Shown piece after piece: positions 1 to 12,958 of a stretch of 40,505 bases of DNA. The notes under the pieces were generated by a model, which was not told the DNA's origin, ran no database searches, and saw nothing but the letters and a program-made list of their open reading frames with translations. The stretch spans positions 1 through 40,505 of the forward strand of contig JBBIQV010000030.1 of assembly GCA_037442105.1 (NCBI GenBank). Reading direction: 5' to 3'. The DNA is from Nitrospiraceae bacterium. Its GTDB lineage: Bacteria; Nitrospirota; Nitrospiria; Nitrospirales; Nitrospiraceae. Positions within the stretch are counted from its first letter, which is position 1; every line of letters starts with the position of its first letter. The translations under genes and the position numbers were made by a program.

Positions 1-1
1 C

Positions 2-3229
<3,228 letters not shown>

Positions 3230-3243
3230 CGGAGAACAGACGC

Positions 3244-3720
3244 ATGCCGACACCGATTACGAGAAAAGGCTACGATGCGTTGCAAGCCGAGCTGGATCGC
3301 CTTCGGAAAGTGGAGCGGCCCAAAGTGATCGAGGCGATCGCCGAAGCACGGGCTCACGGCGATCTGAGCGAGAATGCGGAATATGACGCGGCCAAGGAAC
3401 GCCAGGGATTTATCGAGGCGAGGATCGCCGAACTGGAAAGCAAGCTCGCGGATGCACGGATCATCGACACCGCCGGACGTGTCAGCAACACGGTCGTTTT
3501 CGGCGCCACTGTCGTCCTGATCGAACAGGAATCTCAAGCGAAGAGACAATACACGCTCGTCGGCCAGGATGAAGCCGATCTCAAGCTGAATCGTATCTCG
3601 GTTCAATCTCCGGTAGGCCGCGCGCTGATCGGGAAGCGAGTCGGAGACATGGTGGAGGTGACGACGCCGACCAAACTGGTCGAATACGAGCTCGTCGATA
3701 TCCGCTACGAGGAGTTGTGA
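3244..3720 (+). CDS. greA: Transcription elongation factor GreA
   Basis: ATG at 3244 after GGAGA; motifs [16 protein letters not shown] and [13 protein letters not shown]; 158 aa. Confidence 0.97.
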   Translation: MPTPITRKGYDALQAELDRLRKVERPKVIEAIAEARAHGDLSENAEYDAAKERQGFIEARIAELESKLADARIIDTAGRVSNTVVFGATVVLIEQESQAKRQYTLVGQDEADLKLNRISVQSPVGRALIGKRVGDMVEVTTPTKLVEYELVDIRYEEL

Positions 3721-3721
3721 G

Positions 3722-4522
3722 GTGCCTCAGGCGCTGCCCGTCGTGACGCTCCTTACCGATTTCGGAGACCGCGACTACTTTGTGGCGAGCATGAAAGGCG
3801 TCATTCTCAACATCAATCCACAGACACGGATCGTTGATCTCTCCCATCAGGTGACACCGCATCAGATCGGCCAGGCCGCATACCTCCTCAAGTCCTGTTA
3901 CCGCTATTTTCCTGAGGGGACCATACATCTCGCAATCGTCGATCCAGGGGTCGGGAGCCGGCGGCGTGCGCTGCTGGTCAACAGCTCGCGCTATTTTTTC
4001 ATGGCGCCGGACAATGGCCTATTGACCTACATCTTCAACGAGGAAACGGATGTCGAAGTCCGGCAGATCGAAAACAAGCAGTACCGCTTGGATTCCGAGG
4101 GTGCCACGTTCGATGGCCGGGATCTCTTTGCACCAGCCGCGGCCTGGCTCACGAAAGGGCAGCCGGTAGGGTCGTTCGGCAGGTTGATTCACGACTACGC
4201 CCGCCTCGCAATACCGGAGCCTCGCTGGGAGCAACAGGCGCTGGTCGGGCAGATTGTGTATGTAGACCACTTCGGCAATCTTATCTCCAATCTCACTTCG
4301 TTTCACCTCAACGAAGTGCGCAGCGTGACGCAACACACTACACCGCGCATCCGCCTCGGCAATCTCACCATTGAAAGCCTGGTCGCCAGCTACAGTGATG
4401 GTTCGTCAGAAACCCCTTGCGCACTCATCAACAGCAACGGCCAACTTGAGATCTTTCTAAAAGAAGCTCCTGCGAGTGACCGGCTGAAGATGGGACAAGG
4501 GGAGCCTATCAAAATTTCCTGA
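3722..4522 (+). CDS. SAM hydrolase / SAM-dependent halogenase family protein (DUF62-type)
   Basis: TLLTDFG, VDPGVGS, APDNG, TFDGRDLFAPAAA and VDHFGNL motifs; GTG start immediately after the greA stop. Confidence 0.9.
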   Translation: MPQALPVVTLLTDFGDRDYFVASMKGVILNINPQTRIVDLSHQVTPHQIGQAAYLLKSCYRYFPEGTIHLAIVDPGVGSRRRALLVNSSRYFFMAPDNGLLTYIFNEETDVEVRQIENKQYRLDSEGATFDGRDLFAPAAAWLTKGQPVGSFGRLIHDYARLAIPEPRWEQQALVGQIVYVDHFGNLISNLTSFHLNEVRSVTQHTTPRIRLGNLTIESLVASYSDGSSETPCALINSNGQLEIFLKEAPASDRLKMGQGEPIKIS

Positions 4523-4641
4523 GAGATTACGGCGATGCGAGGACTAGTTACAGTTGAGTCGGAGTGCAGGGTTTTGTAAAATGAACATGAGCTTGATATG
4601 CGATAAAGTTAACATAATATTTCTTATCTGACTCACATGCC

Positions 4642-5280
4642 ATGACGCATGAATTTTTCAGCAGGATGAGAAAGGAACTCGTGCTGACGGAGCATACGCT
4701 CTATGAAACAATCCTGGCGATCTCCGAGCGCATCAATCGCAAAGTACAAATCCTCCAGCTCCACTGGCAGGCCACCACGATCTCCAATCGGGTCAATAAT
4801 CTCTATCAAGACCTGGGAGCGCATGTCTGTCTGGCGCTTTCCGCGCACACAGCCCTCGATGAGAGACCACCAGGGGTCGATTCGGTCGCATTCTCTCGAA
4901 AACTGAGCGTCGCTTCCGAAACCGCAATCCAACTGAAGGAGACCGTCCGCAAAGTGGACAACCTCATCCGTGAACTCAAACTCGAAACGATCCAGGAGGA
5001 CTTGCTGAAAGTTCAACAAGATCTTGCCATTCGGTCTGCAGCGCTTGAACGCGTAGTTGTCGCGCGGGGAGCCCCCGCCGATGGCCACACGCTGGCAAGC
5101 CTTCATCTACCATCGGCAACGCGCATTGTTGCGGTCCTCCGCGGCCCGTTCCTTGTACCGCCGGCTGATGAATCATTCATCTTTCGGGCCGACGACGTTA
5201 TCATTGTGGTGGGTCTCCAAGACGATTTATCACGGCTCTTGCCCTTATTTACCGCGCGTCGATCACTGAAGACCGCGTGA
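4642..5280 (+). CDS. Protein with N-terminal helical/coiled-coil region and C-terminal TrkA-C (RCK_C) domain
   Basis: C-terminal GAPADGHTLASLHLP...RIVAVLRG...FRADDVIIVVG matches the RCK_C pattern; stop abuts the degP start region. Confidence 0.7.
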   Translation: MTHEFFSRMRKELVLTEHTLYETILAISERINRKVQILQLHWQATTISNRVNNLYQDLGAHVCLALSAHTALDERPPGVDSVAFSRKLSVASETAIQLKETVRKVDNLIRELKLETIQEDLLKVQQDLAIRSAALERVVVARGAPADGHTLASLHLPSATRIVAVLRGPFLVPPADESFIFRADDVIIVVGLQDDLSRLLPLFTARRSLKTA

Positions 5281-5291
5281 GGGACGAACCC

Positions 5292-6689
5292 ATGAACTTC
5301 AGAGCAGCCTCGCTCGTTCTCGGCCTCACGCTGACTGCGGCAAATGTTTATGTGCTCCCGGCGGCGGGTGCCGCAACCGACACCGGAAAACCGATCGCGC
5401 AGCAGCCATCAGGCCTGCGGCTCTTAGAAGAAATCCAAAGTGTGATTACGGATCTTGCGGAAAAGACCAAACCGTCGGTTGTGAGCATATTCCCTCTTCC
5501 GATGCCCGGTCGATCTCAGGATTTCTCCGGCGAGCGCATTCCCAATTCCCCCGGTTCCGGCTCCGGTGTGATCATAGACCAAGAAGGCCACATTGCGACC
5601 AATAACCACGTGGTCGGCGACGCGACCGAAGTGGAAGTTCGCCTTTCCGACAAAACTAAGTTGATCGCGCAAGTGATCGGCAAAGATCCCGATACCGATT
5701 TGGCAATTCTGAAGGTGACTACCGATCACCATCTGGTGAGCGCTCAATTCGGCGATTCCAGCACCATTAAAGTCGGCCAGTGGGTCCTCGCCGTAGGCAC
5801 TCCCTTTGGGCTGGACCGCACAGTGACGTTGGGAGTCGTCAGCGGAATCGGTCGAGACAACATTAATCTTTCTCGCTACGAGAATTTCATCCAAACCGAC
5901 GCCTCGATCAACCCCGGAAATTCCGGAGGTCCCTTATTCAACCTGCGCGGTGAAGTCATCGGCATCAACACGGCGATCATCAACTTTGCCCAAGGCATCG
6001 GATTTGCCATTCCCTCGAACATGGCGAAGCAGGTTTTGCAGCAGTTAGTGGCGAGCGGCAAGGTGGTGCGCGGATGGTTGGGAGTCGGAATTCAGCCGCT
6101 GACCGCTGATCTTGCCAAGAAATTCGGAGTCTCTGAAGGAGAAGGTGTATTGATTAACGAGGTCTTCGAGAGCGATCCGGCCGCCGTGGCCGGCATCAAG
6201 CCGGGCGACATTATTACAAAGATCGACGGGAATATCGTGGACACCCCGAATAAGCTCTCTCGTCTGATCGCGAGCCTGCCGCCCGGTGCAACGACAAAAA
6301 TCGAAGTTGTGCGAGACAGCCAGCGACTGGTTCTCACTGTGGCACTTTCTGAACGCCGAGAGAGCGTGGTTGTTGCTTCTCTCCCCCAAGCTCGGACAGA
6401 GATCAAACTGGGAATCGATGTGCAGGATCTCACCGGTGGGTTGGCGGAAAAGTTCAAACTGCGGGAAAGTCATGGGGTGCTCATTACTAAAGTAGAGACC
6501 GGAAGCCTGGCGCAGGCCGAGGGGCTTCGCGAGGGCGACTTGATCAAAGAAGTCAATCGCGTTGAAGTGGCATCCGTGATTGACTTCACGACCTCCGTCG
6601 CCAAAGTCAAGCACGGAGAGACGATCCTGCTGCGTGTCCTGCGAGAGAACCGTGCATTTTACGTGGTGCTCAAGCCGTCCGACCGGTAG
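5292..6689 (+). CDS. degP: HtrA/DegP-family periplasmic serine protease with two PDZ domains
   Basis: Signal peptide; TNNHV, DLAILK and TDASINPGNSGGPL catalytic motifs; two PDZ repeats. ATG at 5292 chosen; alternative GTG at 5277. Confidence 0.93.
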   Translation: MNFRAASLVLGLTLTAANVYVLPAAGAATDTGKPIAQQPSGLRLLEEIQSVITDLAEKTKPSVVSIFPLPMPGRSQDFSGERIPNSPGSGSGVIIDQEGHIATNNHVVGDATEVEVRLSDKTKLIAQVIGKDPDTDLAILKVTTDHHLVSAQFGDSSTIKVGQWVLAVGTPFGLDRTVTLGVVSGIGRDNINLSRYENFIQTDASINPGNSGGPLFNLRGEVIGINTAIINFAQGIGFAIPSNMAKQVLQQLVASGKVVRGWLGVGIQPLTADLAKKFGVSEGEGVLINEVFESDPAAVAGIKPGDIITKIDGNIVDTPNKLSRLIASLPPGATTKIEVVRDSQRLVLTVALSERRESVVVASLPQARTEIKLGIDVQDLTGGLAEKFKLRESHGVLITKVETGSLAQAEGLREGDLIKEVNRVEVASVIDFTTSVAKVKHGETILLRVLRENRAFYVVLKPSDR

Positions 6690-6692
6690 AGG

Positions 6693-8795
6693 TTAGTGAG
6701 CCGCAACCGCCATCTTTGCAGCCTTTTGTTCCTCGATGACTCTGGACGCCAGCTCTCGCGGCACTTCTTCGTAGTGTGAGAACTCCATTACATAGCTGCC
6801 TCGCCCAGCCGTGATCGAATTCAGCGATGGGGCGTATTTGAGCATCTCAGCCAGCGGAACCACCGCTCGGATGACCTCGGTATGAGCTGCTGCGGAAACA
6901 CTCACGATCCGCCCCCGACGTGCATTGAGATCGCCGATGACTGCTCCAATCTGGTCTTGCGGGGCTTCGACATCCACGGTCATCAACGGCTCGAGTAGCA
7001 CAGGATGCGCCGCCTCCATAGCCTTCTTGAACCCCATCGAGGCGGCGATCTTGAAGGACATCTCCGAAGAATCAACCACGTGATATGAGCCGTCGTAGAC
7101 GCTGACCCGTAAATCCACAACCGGAAACCCGGCCAGGATTCCTTCATGCATCGCTTCGACGACTCCTTTTTCAACTGCTGGGATAAAATTGCGTGGGATC
7201 GCCCCACCCACGATCCGATTCTCAAACTCGAACCCCTTACCTCTTGCAAGGGGCATCAGTTCGAGCCAACAATCGCCGTATTGTCCGTGTCCACCTGTTT
7301 GTTTCTTATACTTGCCTTGCGCTTGCGCCACGGCGCGGATGGTCTCTTTGTAGGGCACCTTCGGGGTGCGCAGCGTCACCTCTACCCCGTATTTCCGGCG
7401 CAATTTCTCAATCGCTACATCGATGTGCAGCTGTCCTGTCCCGCTGAGCACCATCTCCTTCGTTTCAGGATTGCGGACGAATTCAAGCGCCGGATCTTCC
7501 TCGATCAGTTTGTGCAATCCCAAACTCACCTTCTCAACATCAGCTTTCGATTTCGGCTCGAGCGCGAAGGAGAGGACAGGGCGCGCCAGATGGAGCTCCG
7601 GAAATCGGATCGGTGCTTGTTCATCGCACAATGTATCCCCCGTTTGGGTGTCCTTCAATTTTCCGATCGCGACGATCTCGCCTGCCACCGCGGCTGGCAC
7701 GGAGCTGTATTTCTTGCCCACGATCGAAAAGAGATGCCCTCCTTTCTCTCGTAGTTGCCTCGTCACGTTGTAGAGTCCCGCGTCCGCCGACATGATGCCC
7801 GACAACACACGTACGTACGTGAGGCGCCCCATGAATGGATCAATAATGGTCTTAAAGACGAAGGCCGATAGAGGCTCCGTTGGGAGGGGTTTCCGAGACT
7901 CAGAATCACCGGTCGCAGGATGCACGCCTCGAAGATGAACCGATGCAGTCGCCGACGCCGGTGACGGAAGCAATGTCACGATCGCATCGAGTAATGCTGT
8001 TGTGCCGATGTTTCGGATAGCCGATCCACAGAGGACTGGAAGCAACGCGCCGGATTGCACACCAGAGCGAAGTCCGTCGGCCAGTTGCCCGTCACTCAAC
8101 TCGCCGCTTGATAGGTACGTCTCGAGCAATTGGTCATCGATTTCAGCGACCCCTTCCACAAGCCGCTTGGTTCCCTCTTCGACCTGGGCAGCTAGTCCGC
8201 CCGGCACACTCCCCTCCAGTACCTTCGCGCTATCGGGGCGTGGTTTCACCGCGACGCTTCGGAGCAAATCCACTACGCCATTGAGACTGTTCCCCTCACC
8301 GTCAGGAAGCAAGATCGGCACACAAGTAACCCCGAACGCTTTTTGACAATCCTCGACCGCTACCGAGAACTTAGTCCCCTCCTTGTCCAACTCATTGACG
8401 AACAGCAGACAGGGAAGACCCAGTTCTCTGGCCACCTTCCAGACGCGAACGAGCTCACTCCGGACGCCCGTGGATGCACCGACGACCAGCAGAACTCCAT
8501 CGACTGCGCGAAAGGCCGCCCGTACTTCCCCGAACAAGCTCAATGCTCCCGGGGTATCAAGGATGTTCAACGTCGTATCCTGCCAGGTCATGTGAAGGAC
8601 GCTCGTGTTGAGCGAGATCTTGCGGTGAATCTCTTCCGGTTCGAAGTCTGAGACCGTTGTGCCCTGGAGCACAGATCCCATGTTTGGAATCGCCCCCGTG
8701 GCATAGGCCATGGCCTCAACTAACGACGTTTTCCCTACCCCCGTGTTCGAAACAACGGCAACATTTCTGAACGCATTAGCACGAAGATCGTTCAT
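6693..8795 (-). CDS. fusA: Elongation factor G paralog (EF-G2-like)
   Basis: 700 aa; GKYKKQTGGHGQYGD, DGSYHVVDSSEMSFKIA and GQLHIDV motifs; outside the str operon; degenerate G-domain motifs. Confidence 0.9.
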   Translation of the reverse strand: MNDLRANAFRNVAVVSNTGVGKTSLVEAMAYATGAIPNMGSVLQGTTVSDFEPEEIHRKISLNTSVLHMTWQDTTLNILDTPGALSLFGEVRAAFRAVDGVLLVVGASTGVRSELVRVWKVARELGLPCLLFVNELDKEGTKFSVAVEDCQKAFGVTCVPILLPDGEGNSLNGVVDLLRSVAVKPRPDSAKVLEGSVPGGLAAQVEEGTKRLVEGVAEIDDQLLETYLSSGELSDGQLADGLRSGVQSGALLPVLCGSAIRNIGTTALLDAIVTLLPSPASATASVHLRGVHPATGDSESRKPLPTEPLSAFVFKTIIDPFMGRLTYVRVLSGIMSADAGLYNVTRQLREKGGHLFSIVGKKYSSVPAAVAGEIVAIGKLKDTQTGDTLCDEQAPIRFPELHLARPVLSFALEPKSKADVEKVSLGLHKLIEEDPALEFVRNPETKEMVLSGTGQLHIDVAIEKLRRKYGVEVTLRTPKVPYKETIRAVAQAQGKYKKQTGGHGQYGDCWLELMPLARGKGFEFENRIVGGAIPRNFIPAVEKGVVEAMHEGILAGFPVVDLRVSVYDGSYHVVDSSEMSFKIAASMGFKKAMEAAHPVLLEPLMTVDVEAPQDQIGAVIGDLNARRGRIVSVSAAAHTEVIRAVVPLAEMLKYAPSLNSITAGRGSYVMEFSHYEEVPRELASRVIEEQKAAKMAVAAH

Positions 8796-8865
8796 GGTGC
8801 CCTCCTCGTTCCGGTGGAGTCGGTGCGGCTAGAGACTCCCGTTCTTTGTACAGTCTATCTCATCG

Positions 8866-9582
8866 CTACGTTGATGGAGCCTGATCGGCCAGCCATCCCT
8901 TGTCCGCGAAACTGATGTAACGCCCATCTCCCACAATCACGTGATCGAGCACGCGAATCCCGAGCACCTCGCCCGCGGATACTAACCGCGTTGTCAGAAT
9001 GCGATCTTCATGACTGGGAGTAGGATCGCCGCTGGGGTGATTGTGGAGAAAAATCACCGCGGCGGCGGATTCTCGCACGGCGAGATTGAAGACTTCGCGG
9101 GGATGAACAATGCTCAGGGTGAGACTGCCTTCCGAAACCGTTGTGTCGCGAATGACTGTGTTCTTCGCATCCAGCAGGATGACCTGAAAGATCTCATGGC
9201 GCAGATCACGTACGCGAGGATGATAGTGCGTGTACAGATCGGCGCTTGAGGTGATACGGACGCCCGTCGAGAGAGGAGTCGCAAGCGTACGCTTGCCTAA
9301 CTCAACCGCCGCCTTGAGCTGGGCGGCTTTAGCTGGTCCGATTCCGGAGATACAGCGGAGCTCTTCTAGTCCGCAGTTTGCCAGGCTTGCTAGTCCTCCA
9401 AGCTGGTGCAGGACTTCCATAGCAACCTGCACCGCCGATGCATCTTGACGCCCGACTCGCAAGAGGATTGCAAGTAATTGCGCATCGGACAGAGAGTCTG
9501 GCCCTTCACGCAGCAGCCGTTCTCGTGGGCGTTCTGTTTCAGGCCAATGGACGATTCCGTTGCCTGGCTTCTTCACTGCCAT
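8866..9582 (-). CDS. radC: RadC/JAB-domain protein (UPF0758)
   Basis: ERPRERL N-terminus, GIGPAKA HhH motif, VHPREVF, HNHPSGDPTPS and LDHVIVG motifs. Confidence 0.96.
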   Translation of the reverse strand: MAVKKPGNGIVHWPETERPRERLLREGPDSLSDAQLLAILLRVGRQDASAVQVAMEVLHQLGGLASLANCGLEELRCISGIGPAKAAQLKAAVELGKRTLATPLSTGVRITSSADLYTHYHPRVRDLRHEIFQVILLDAKNTVIRDTTVSEGSLTLSIVHPREVFNLAVRESAAAVIFLHNHPSGDPTPSHEDRILTTRLVSAGEVLGIRVLDHVIVGDGRYISFADKGWLADQAPST

Positions 9583-9671
9583 GGAATTCCTTGCCGGACA
9601 AAATTATGACATGACGAACGATTTTGTACTGGTCACATAGGGTTAGATTGACACTCCTTGGTCATACAACC

Positions 9672-9686
9672 TGTTGAATTTCAACA
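9672..9686. promoter_or_regulatory. Perfect palindrome TGTTGAA-T-TTCAACA upstream of the sigma54 promoter; possible protein-binding site
   Basis: 7-bp perfect inverted repeat in an AT-rich divergent intergenic region, ending 11 nt before the -24 element. Confidence 0.4.
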
Positions 9687-9697
9687 AATCGACAAAT

Positions 9698-9713
9698 TGG
9701 TGCAGGACTTGCT
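9698..9713 (+). promoter_or_regulatory. Sigma54 (RpoN) -24/-12 promoter
   Basis: TGGTGC-AGGAC-TTGCT has exact GG-N10-GC spacing, about 45 nt upstream of the ATG at 9758. Confidence 0.7.
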
Positions 9714-9757
9714 TGCCACACCCTACAGCACTGAACGCAACTACCCAGGAGGGTGAA

Positions 9758-9931
9758 ATGGAATGTCCGAAGTGCAAAGGGTTGATGATGTTGGAGCGGT
9801 TCTCCGATTTCTTCCTCATCTTTTACGCCTGGAAGTGCATTAATTGTGGCGCCATCATCGACCGTACCATTTCAACAAACAGAAGACGGAGTTTAGCGGC
9901 CCGTGAACCTCAGGCTGTGACGACCCGCTGA
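9758..9931 (+). CDS. Small CxxC...CxxC zinc-ribbon-like protein (57 aa)
   Basis: Strong RBS AGGAGGG; MECPKCKGLM...WKCINCG. Confidence 0.8.
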   Translation: MECPKCKGLMMLERFSDFFLIFYAWKCINCGAIIDRTISTNRRRSLAAREPQAVTTR

Positions 9932-10151
9932 GTCGGTTCTCACTGTTGCCTACCGGCGAGTTTGTGCTGCTTTCAGATAGCCCTCGCCCCGCAACGCACA
10001 AACACCAACGTTGAGAACGTGCATCCCTTGGGCGCACCATTATAGCCATTGGGATTGTCGAGCGTCAAAGCACAGAATCGTTTGAATCTCTCTTTCAGAT
10101 CTTCGGTATCCCCCCTATTTCCGACCAGGAATCTTCTGATATGACTGCGCC

Positions 10152-10181
10152 TTGACCCTTTCCAAATCACCGTGATAAATT
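10152..10181 (+). promoter_or_regulatory. Putative sigma70 promoter for rsmD-coaD-aminotransferase
   Basis: TTGACC-N18-TAAATT with an extended TG, 27 nt upstream of the rsmD ATG. Confidence 0.4.
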
Positions 10182-10208
10182 TGACCGCTTCTGGAGAACC
10201 GTACAGAC

Positions 10209-10781
10209 ATGCGTGTCATTGCCGGGGCACATCGGGGCCGTCGGCTCACCGGACCTCACTGCAACAGCCTCAGGCCTACTTCAGACCTGGTTAGAGAAGC
10301 GCTCTTTTCGATCATCGGAACCAGAGTACAAGGGGCTCGTGTGTTGGATTTATATGCCGGAACCGGTGCGGTCGGGATCGAAGCGTTGAGTCGGGGAGCT
10401 GCCCATGTCACATTTGTCGAGTCCGCTCCGACAGCCCAACGTATCCTGCAAATGAATCTCGATCGCTGTGCGCTCGGTGATGAGGCTGAAGTTCGTAGGT
10501 GTCGAGTGGAGCAATTCCTGCGGCGGTTTGGTCCCGATCTTACCCCGTTCGATATCGTGTTCGCCGACCCCCCCTACTCGGCAGACGAAGAACTGAGCAT
10601 GCTGTCGAGATTGTTTGGCAAGATCATTCTGGCTGATCAGAGCATTATTGTGCTGGAACATGCGAAACAGGCACGGATACCCGACACGCTAGGTGGCATA
10701 GCGTTGACCAAGCGGTACGAATACGGGGATTCCTGCCTGAGTGTGTTTCGCACCATGAATAGCCGTAGTCTCGCCCCATGA
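10209..10781 (+). CDS. rsmD: 16S rRNA (guanine966-N2)-methyltransferase
   Basis: MRVIAG, LRPTSDLVREALF, LDLYAGTGAVGIEALSRGA and DPPY motifs; overlaps the coaD start (ATGA). Confidence 0.95.
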   Translation: MRVIAGAHRGRRLTGPHCNSLRPTSDLVREALFSIIGTRVQGARVLDLYAGTGAVGIEALSRGAAHVTFVESAPTAQRILQMNLDRCALGDEAEVRRCRVEQFLRRFGPDLTPFDIVFADPPYSADEELSMLSRLFGKIILADQSIIVLEHAKQARIPDTLGGIALTKRYEYGDSCLSVFRTMNSRSLAP

Positions 10782-11266
10782 AAATCGGTGTGTACCCCGG
10801 CACATTCGACCCGATTACGCACGGTCATCTGGACATCATTACCAGAAGTCTGCGCGTGTTCGAAAAGGTGATCGTGGCCGTTGCTCCCAATCCGAGCAAA
10901 CATCCGATGTTCGATCTCCCGGAACGGTTGAGCATGGTCAAAATGGTGACGAAAGGACTGTCGCAGGTCGATGTCACCACATTCGACGGTCTCCTGGTCG
11001 ACTTCGTCCAAAGTCGCGGTGCCAGCGCGATCATCCGGGGCCTTCGCGCCATCTCCGATTTCGAGCATGAATTCCAGATGGCCTTGATCAATCGAAAGCT
11101 GGCCGAGAGCGTTGAAACAGTCTTTTTGATGCCGAGTGAGGAGTATTCGTATCTGTCATCCACTATCATCAAAGATGTCGCGCACCACGGGGGAACCCTG
11201 ACCGATTTCCTCCACCCAGAAGTCGCGCAACGTCTCAAGGAGCGCGTTCGGAGTTTTCGACCATGA
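10778..11266 (+). CDS. coaD: Phosphopantetheine adenylyltransferase
   Basis: YPGTFDPITHGHLDII, RGLRAISDFEHE and YLSSTIIK motifs. Confidence 0.98.
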   Translation: MKIGVYPGTFDPITHGHLDIITRSLRVFEKVIVAVAPNPSKHPMFDLPERLSMVKMVTKGLSQVDVTTFDGLLVDFVQSRGASAIIRGLRAISDFEHEFQMALINRKLAESVETVFLMPSEEYSYLSSTIIKDVAHHGGTLTDFLHPEVAQRLKERVRSFRP

Positions 11267-12456
11267 AATTGGCTGCCCGTGCTGGACGCATCGTCCCATC
11301 CCCCACCCTGAGCATCACGGCGACCGCCAAGGCCATGGCCGCCCAGGGCATCGATATCGTCGACTTCGCTTCGGGAGAACCGGATTTCGACACTCCGGAA
11401 CCGGTCAAGGCAGCGGCGGAGGCTGCCATCCGAGCCGGCTTTACGAAATACACGCCTTCGTCCGGAATTGATGAACTCAGGCTTGCCATCGCGGAACAGC
11501 TCCGCGCTGAGCAAGGGCTCACCTACGAGAAGTCTCAGATCCTGGTGTCGTGCGGAGCCAAGCACTCGCTCTACAATGTGGCAGAGGCTCTCTTGGAAGC
11601 GGGGGACGAAATTATCATTCCGGTCCCTTTCTGGGTCTCTTACCAGGATCAAACGTTGTTGAACGATGCCACTCCGGTGCTGCTCCATACGCAGGAGAAC
11701 CAGGGGTACACGATCCATCATGCGGAGTTGCAACAGAAAGTCACGCCGCGAACCAAAGCCATCATTGTGAACAGCCCGTGCAATCCGACCGGTGCAACCT
11801 ACGATCGCAAGACCCTCGAGGGCATTGCAGACATCGCGATGAAACATGATCTCGTCATTATTTCTGACGAGATCTACGAGAAGGTGCTGTACGACGGCGC
11901 GCGCCACGTGAGCATTGCCGCCCTTGCGCCGGAGGTCGCGGCGAGAACCATCGTGATCAATGGCGTCTCGAAAGCCTATGCGATGACGGGATGGCGGATC
12001 GGCTATGCAGCAGGCCCCAAAGAGCTGATCACCGCCATGGCCAACATTCAGAGCCAGAGCACGTCGAACCCGTGCTCCATCGCTCAAAAGGCCGCCGTGG
12101 CAGCCATCCGGCTCGGCGCTCCATTCACACAACGAATGGTAGAGGAATTTGATCGCCGGCGGCGGGTGATGGTTCAACGGCTGAACAAGATGCCCAGCGT
12201 GAGTTGCCGGATGCCGGCCGGTGCGTTCTACGCTTTCCCAAACATCGGCGGCGTCTTAAGCCGGCGGACCAAAGATGGACCCATAATGTCACCAGCCGAT
12301 TTAGCCACGTATCTCCTGAAGGAGGCAAAAGTGGCCGTGGTTCCCGGCGAACCATTCGGAAGCCAGCAACATATTCGTCTTTCCTATGCCACCAGCATGG
12401 AATCAATTGAACGAGGATTGGATCGGATTGCAGCCGCTCTCAAACAGCTCCAGTAG
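11263..12456 (+). CDS. aspC: PLP-dependent class I aminotransferase (aspartate aminotransferase-like)
   Basis: GEPDF, NSPCNPTG, SDEIY and SKAYAMTGWRIG (PLP lysine) motifs. Confidence 0.9.
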   Translation: MKLAARAGRIVPSPTLSITATAKAMAAQGIDIVDFASGEPDFDTPEPVKAAAEAAIRAGFTKYTPSSGIDELRLAIAEQLRAEQGLTYEKSQILVSCGAKHSLYNVAEALLEAGDEIIIPVPFWVSYQDQTLLNDATPVLLHTQENQGYTIHHAELQQKVTPRTKAIIVNSPCNPTGATYDRKTLEGIADIAMKHDLVIISDEIYEKVLYDGARHVSIAALAPEVAARTIVINGVSKAYAMTGWRIGYAAGPKELITAMANIQSQSTSNPCSIAQKAAVAAIRLGAPFTQRMVEEFDRRRRVMVQRLNKMPSVSCRMPAGAFYAFPNIGGVLSRRTKDGPIMSPADLATYLLKEAKVAVVPGEPFGSQQHIRLSYATSMESIERGLDRIAAALKQLQ

Positions 12457-12558
12457 TCCCTGCAAACGGCTTCCAGTCTCCTTTTGATCTTGGATAATCC
12501 GGCATTATCTAAAGCACCACCACTGAGCGGCAGAGGGTAGACTGAGGAGGAGATCGCT

Positions 12559-12936
12559 GTGCCAATCTATGAATATGTTTGTCAGGGCTGTGCGCATCGT
12601 TTTGAGGTCAAGCAGAGCATCAAAGACGATCCCGTCACGAGCTGTGTGCGGTGCGGGAAAGACGTGACGAAGGTAATCTCGGCCCCGGCTATTATGTTCA
12701 AAGGGAGCGGCTGGTATATCACCGACTACTCAGACAAAATGAAGCCTCCGTCTGAGGCGAATAGTTCGGAGCCATCAGCCAAGGGAGACAAGACCGCAGC
12801 ACCGGCCACTCCGGCACCGACGCCCTCACCGGCGGGAGCATCGAGCCCGCCCGCCGGAACTAGCGCCACACCCACCGCACCAGCCTCATCAGGCTCCACT
12901 AGTTCCACTCCTTCTACGACCAAATCGACAACTTAG
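12559..12936 (+). CDS. FmdB-family zinc-ribbon protein with low-complexity Pro/Ser/Thr/Ala tail
   Basis: MPIYEYVCQGCAHRFE...CVRCG...FKGSGWYITDY; RBS GAGGAGG with GTG start. Confidence 0.9.
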   Translation: MPIYEYVCQGCAHRFEVKQSIKDDPVTSCVRCGKDVTKVISAPAIMFKGSGWYITDYSDKMKPPSEANSSEPSAKGDKTAAPATPAPTPSPAGASSPPAGTSATPTAPASSGSTSSTPSTTKSTT

Positions 12937-12958
12937 CAGCTCCTTCGTCTGGCCGGTC

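Noticed and set aside
3722..4522. Fluorinase/chlorinase natural-product gene
   Set aside because: Housekeeping context and a GRD motif typical of SAM hydrolases; no biosynthetic cluster.
8866..9582. radC as a marker of a mobile element
   Set aside because: Full-length chromosomal form with the N-terminal HhH region, among core genes.
9932..10150. Possible ncRNA in the long spacer before rsmD
   Set aside because: No convincing stem, terminator or known motif seen by eye.
12740..12936. Low-complexity repeat in the FmdB-type gene
   Set aside because: Ordinary disordered Pro/Ala/Ser/Thr tail, common in this family.
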